A DNA stretch of 63,619 nt, counting the filler, from Pelomyxa schiedti (lineage: Eukaryota > Protista > Evosea), in NCBI GenBank assembly GCA_020536535.1. It is 13 parts of 13 records of this genome, joined end to end, with 100 filler letters (N's around TTAATTAATTAA, not from the genome) between each part and the next. Parts side by side here need not be neighbours in the genome. Positions count along the whole stretch, not along the records: positions 61,417 to 62,446 come from JAHLWZ010002972.1; positions 62,547 to 63,619 come from JAHLWZ010002889.1; 11 more parts are not named here. One strand, written 5' to 3'. Position numbers and translations under genes: made by a program. This document shows, one piece after another, positions 61,907 to 63,619 of the stretch. Each line of letters begins with the position of its first letter. Positions within the stretch are counted from its first letter, which is position 1. The notes under the pieces are model-generated. The model was given only the letters and a program-made list of their open reading frames with translations. It did no database searches and had not been told where the DNA came from.

Positions 61907-63619
61907 CGAAAAAAACGAAACGTCTTGTTTGTTTGTTGGTTCCTTTTTCGAAAAAAAGTATTTCCTGGAAGGCCTGGGCCACCAGCAAGGCCCAATCCCC
62001 CTTCGGAGGACCACATCAACTCCGTCTCACTCTCACCCTGTTTTTTTTTGCCCTGAGCCCAATTGCTTGTAGTTTCGGGAACACGTGGAAAAAAAACAAC
62101 CTGCAAGTTTTTCGTGTTATTTAAGTTTGTTTTATTTCGTTTAGCTTTGTATTGTTGGGGCTCAAACTAACTCCACCCAAAAAACACATGAAAATTCGAA
62201 ATCTCCTCACCAGGGTCTCAGAATCAGGGCAAACCAGGTGGAGATGGTAGTACTCAGTTTGGGGCTGTGTTTCCCTCTGTTCCCAGTGCTTTTGTAGGCT
62301 GTGGTGTTGAGGAAAGCAAAAAACGGGCGGTAACCAGGTGGTGTCCGGACAGATTTGATCCAATTTTCCGGACACCACAACAGATTGGATCATTCACCTA
62401 AATTGATCGAAACAAACGTGTCTGGTTGTGGGCAAATCGTGGTTAGNNNNNNNNNNNNNNNNNNNNNNNNNNNNNNNNNNNNNNNNNNNNTTAATTAATT
62501 AANNNNNNNNNNNNNNNNNNNNNNNNNNNNNNNNNNNNNNNNNNNNTCTTCGTGCTTTGTTTGTCCTTTCGTCGAGAAAACCCTGCACGATGGTTCGTGC
62601 TTGTGTATACACAAGACGCGGACAAACACGAAAAAAAAAATGAAAAGAGAACAACCAAGAAGCCAAAAAGAGTTGTGGGTACCGTGTTGTGTGTTGGTTT
62701 ACGCTTGCGTGTCGACATCGTGCACCGGCTTGCCTTTTTTTTTTGTTTTTAAAAAGTGGAATTTTCATCTCTTGCCCGGAAAAAACTCCCCACAAGTTGC
62801 TGTCTCTAAGTTGCTCTACTCGTCTCTTGAGATCTCTAACTCTCAAGTTGACTCATTCAACCAAGGCTCTATTCATCCTCGTCTAGCCCCAAACAGGCGC
62901 TCCAGCAACATGGGTCATTCAACTGATGTATTCTGAGCCGGCTTCGTTTTTTATTCTGAGCCGGCGACCAAAAGCCCCGCACCCCAACACCGTTGATACC
63001 TGGGGACACCACGCCCAAACCAATTGCAATAACAAATAGTGTCGGGTTAGCATACGACGTCAAGCAGATCTGGCAGGATGCATCAGCGTTGCCCGCCGAC
63101 CACTTCATAGTGGCAATATGAGTGGAATTGTTGCCGGACAACGACATGGTCACACCAGGATCTTCTGTTTGGCCTGGTCACACCAGGTGTTTCAATCAAT
63201 TGGAACTACAAAACTGCCCCATCATTATATCTCCCATCTTCAAATCACGGTGTGCAATGCCATGTTGGTTGAAGTGTTCTAGAGCCTGTGCAGGGTGGAA
63301 AAAACTTATTACTCTTCAGGTAGCAAAGGCTCTAAAACACTTCCACAGTTACCTTCCAGCACCAAAGGTGGCACAGTGTAATGAGTTCAAAATACATGAC
63401 CCAGGTCCCTATTGTAATGAAGCAAACAGTGAAGGAGTTTTTGCACTGAGAATCCTCAAAATTAAGCAGGAACAGTGGTTGTAACCCTTTCCTTGACAAA
63501 CAGATTTTCATTTTTCGTTGGTTGGGTTTTTTTTGAATGAAAACTCCAAAATGTAATTACATTCACAGGCAGCTTTGGGTACCTATTTATGTGGTGAAGT
63601 GCTCGTCGAGCATCCTCTT

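Noticed and set aside
1683-62546. Recurrent TTAATTAATTAA within N runs as a biological repeat
   Set aside because: It is an artificial stop-codon linker between contigs, so adjacency across it has no meaning.
63122-63484. Kinase remnant (LQVAKALKHFHSY)
   Set aside because: Only one subdomain-like motif and no HRD or DFG; at most a decayed fragment.

Overview
This is eukaryotic, intron-rich genomic DNA, not one contiguous locus. Thirteen contigs or scaffolds are joined by artificial 100-nt linkers (44 N + TTAATTAATTAA + 44 N), and there are three plain 100-N scaffold gaps. Short GT-AG introns (about 40-160 nt) and expanded lineage-specific families ('ARDQF..HPRCG' proteins, degenerate ankyrin-like proteins, PINK1-like kinases, Sel1 arrays) suggest an amoebozoan protist. 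The families resemble those I recall from the archamoeba Pelomyxa, but that is an unverified inference. Main highlights: (1) a tandem array of three receptor-type class I cyclic-nucleotide phosphodiesterases (TM - extracellular dCache-like sensor - TM - coiled coil - intact PDE domain), whose putative ligand-pocket segment has diverged while flanking segments are nearly identical; (2) a 9-exon gene fusing an SF3B1-like N-terminal region to a SNIP1/NIPP1-like FHA domain, with no HEAT repeats; (3) a 1.9-kb non-coding element with about 190-bp terminal inverted repeats and TA flanks, in three copies; (4) a kinase N-lobe/Sel1 gene lacking the catalytic lobe, and an ankyrin-PINK1-like kinase. Other genes include an MBL-fold hydrolase, a GBP-like GTPase, a GNAT acetyltransferase and a MORN-RING protein. 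I found no rRNA, tRNA or CRISPR array. Exon boundaries and family assignments were made by eye, without database searches.
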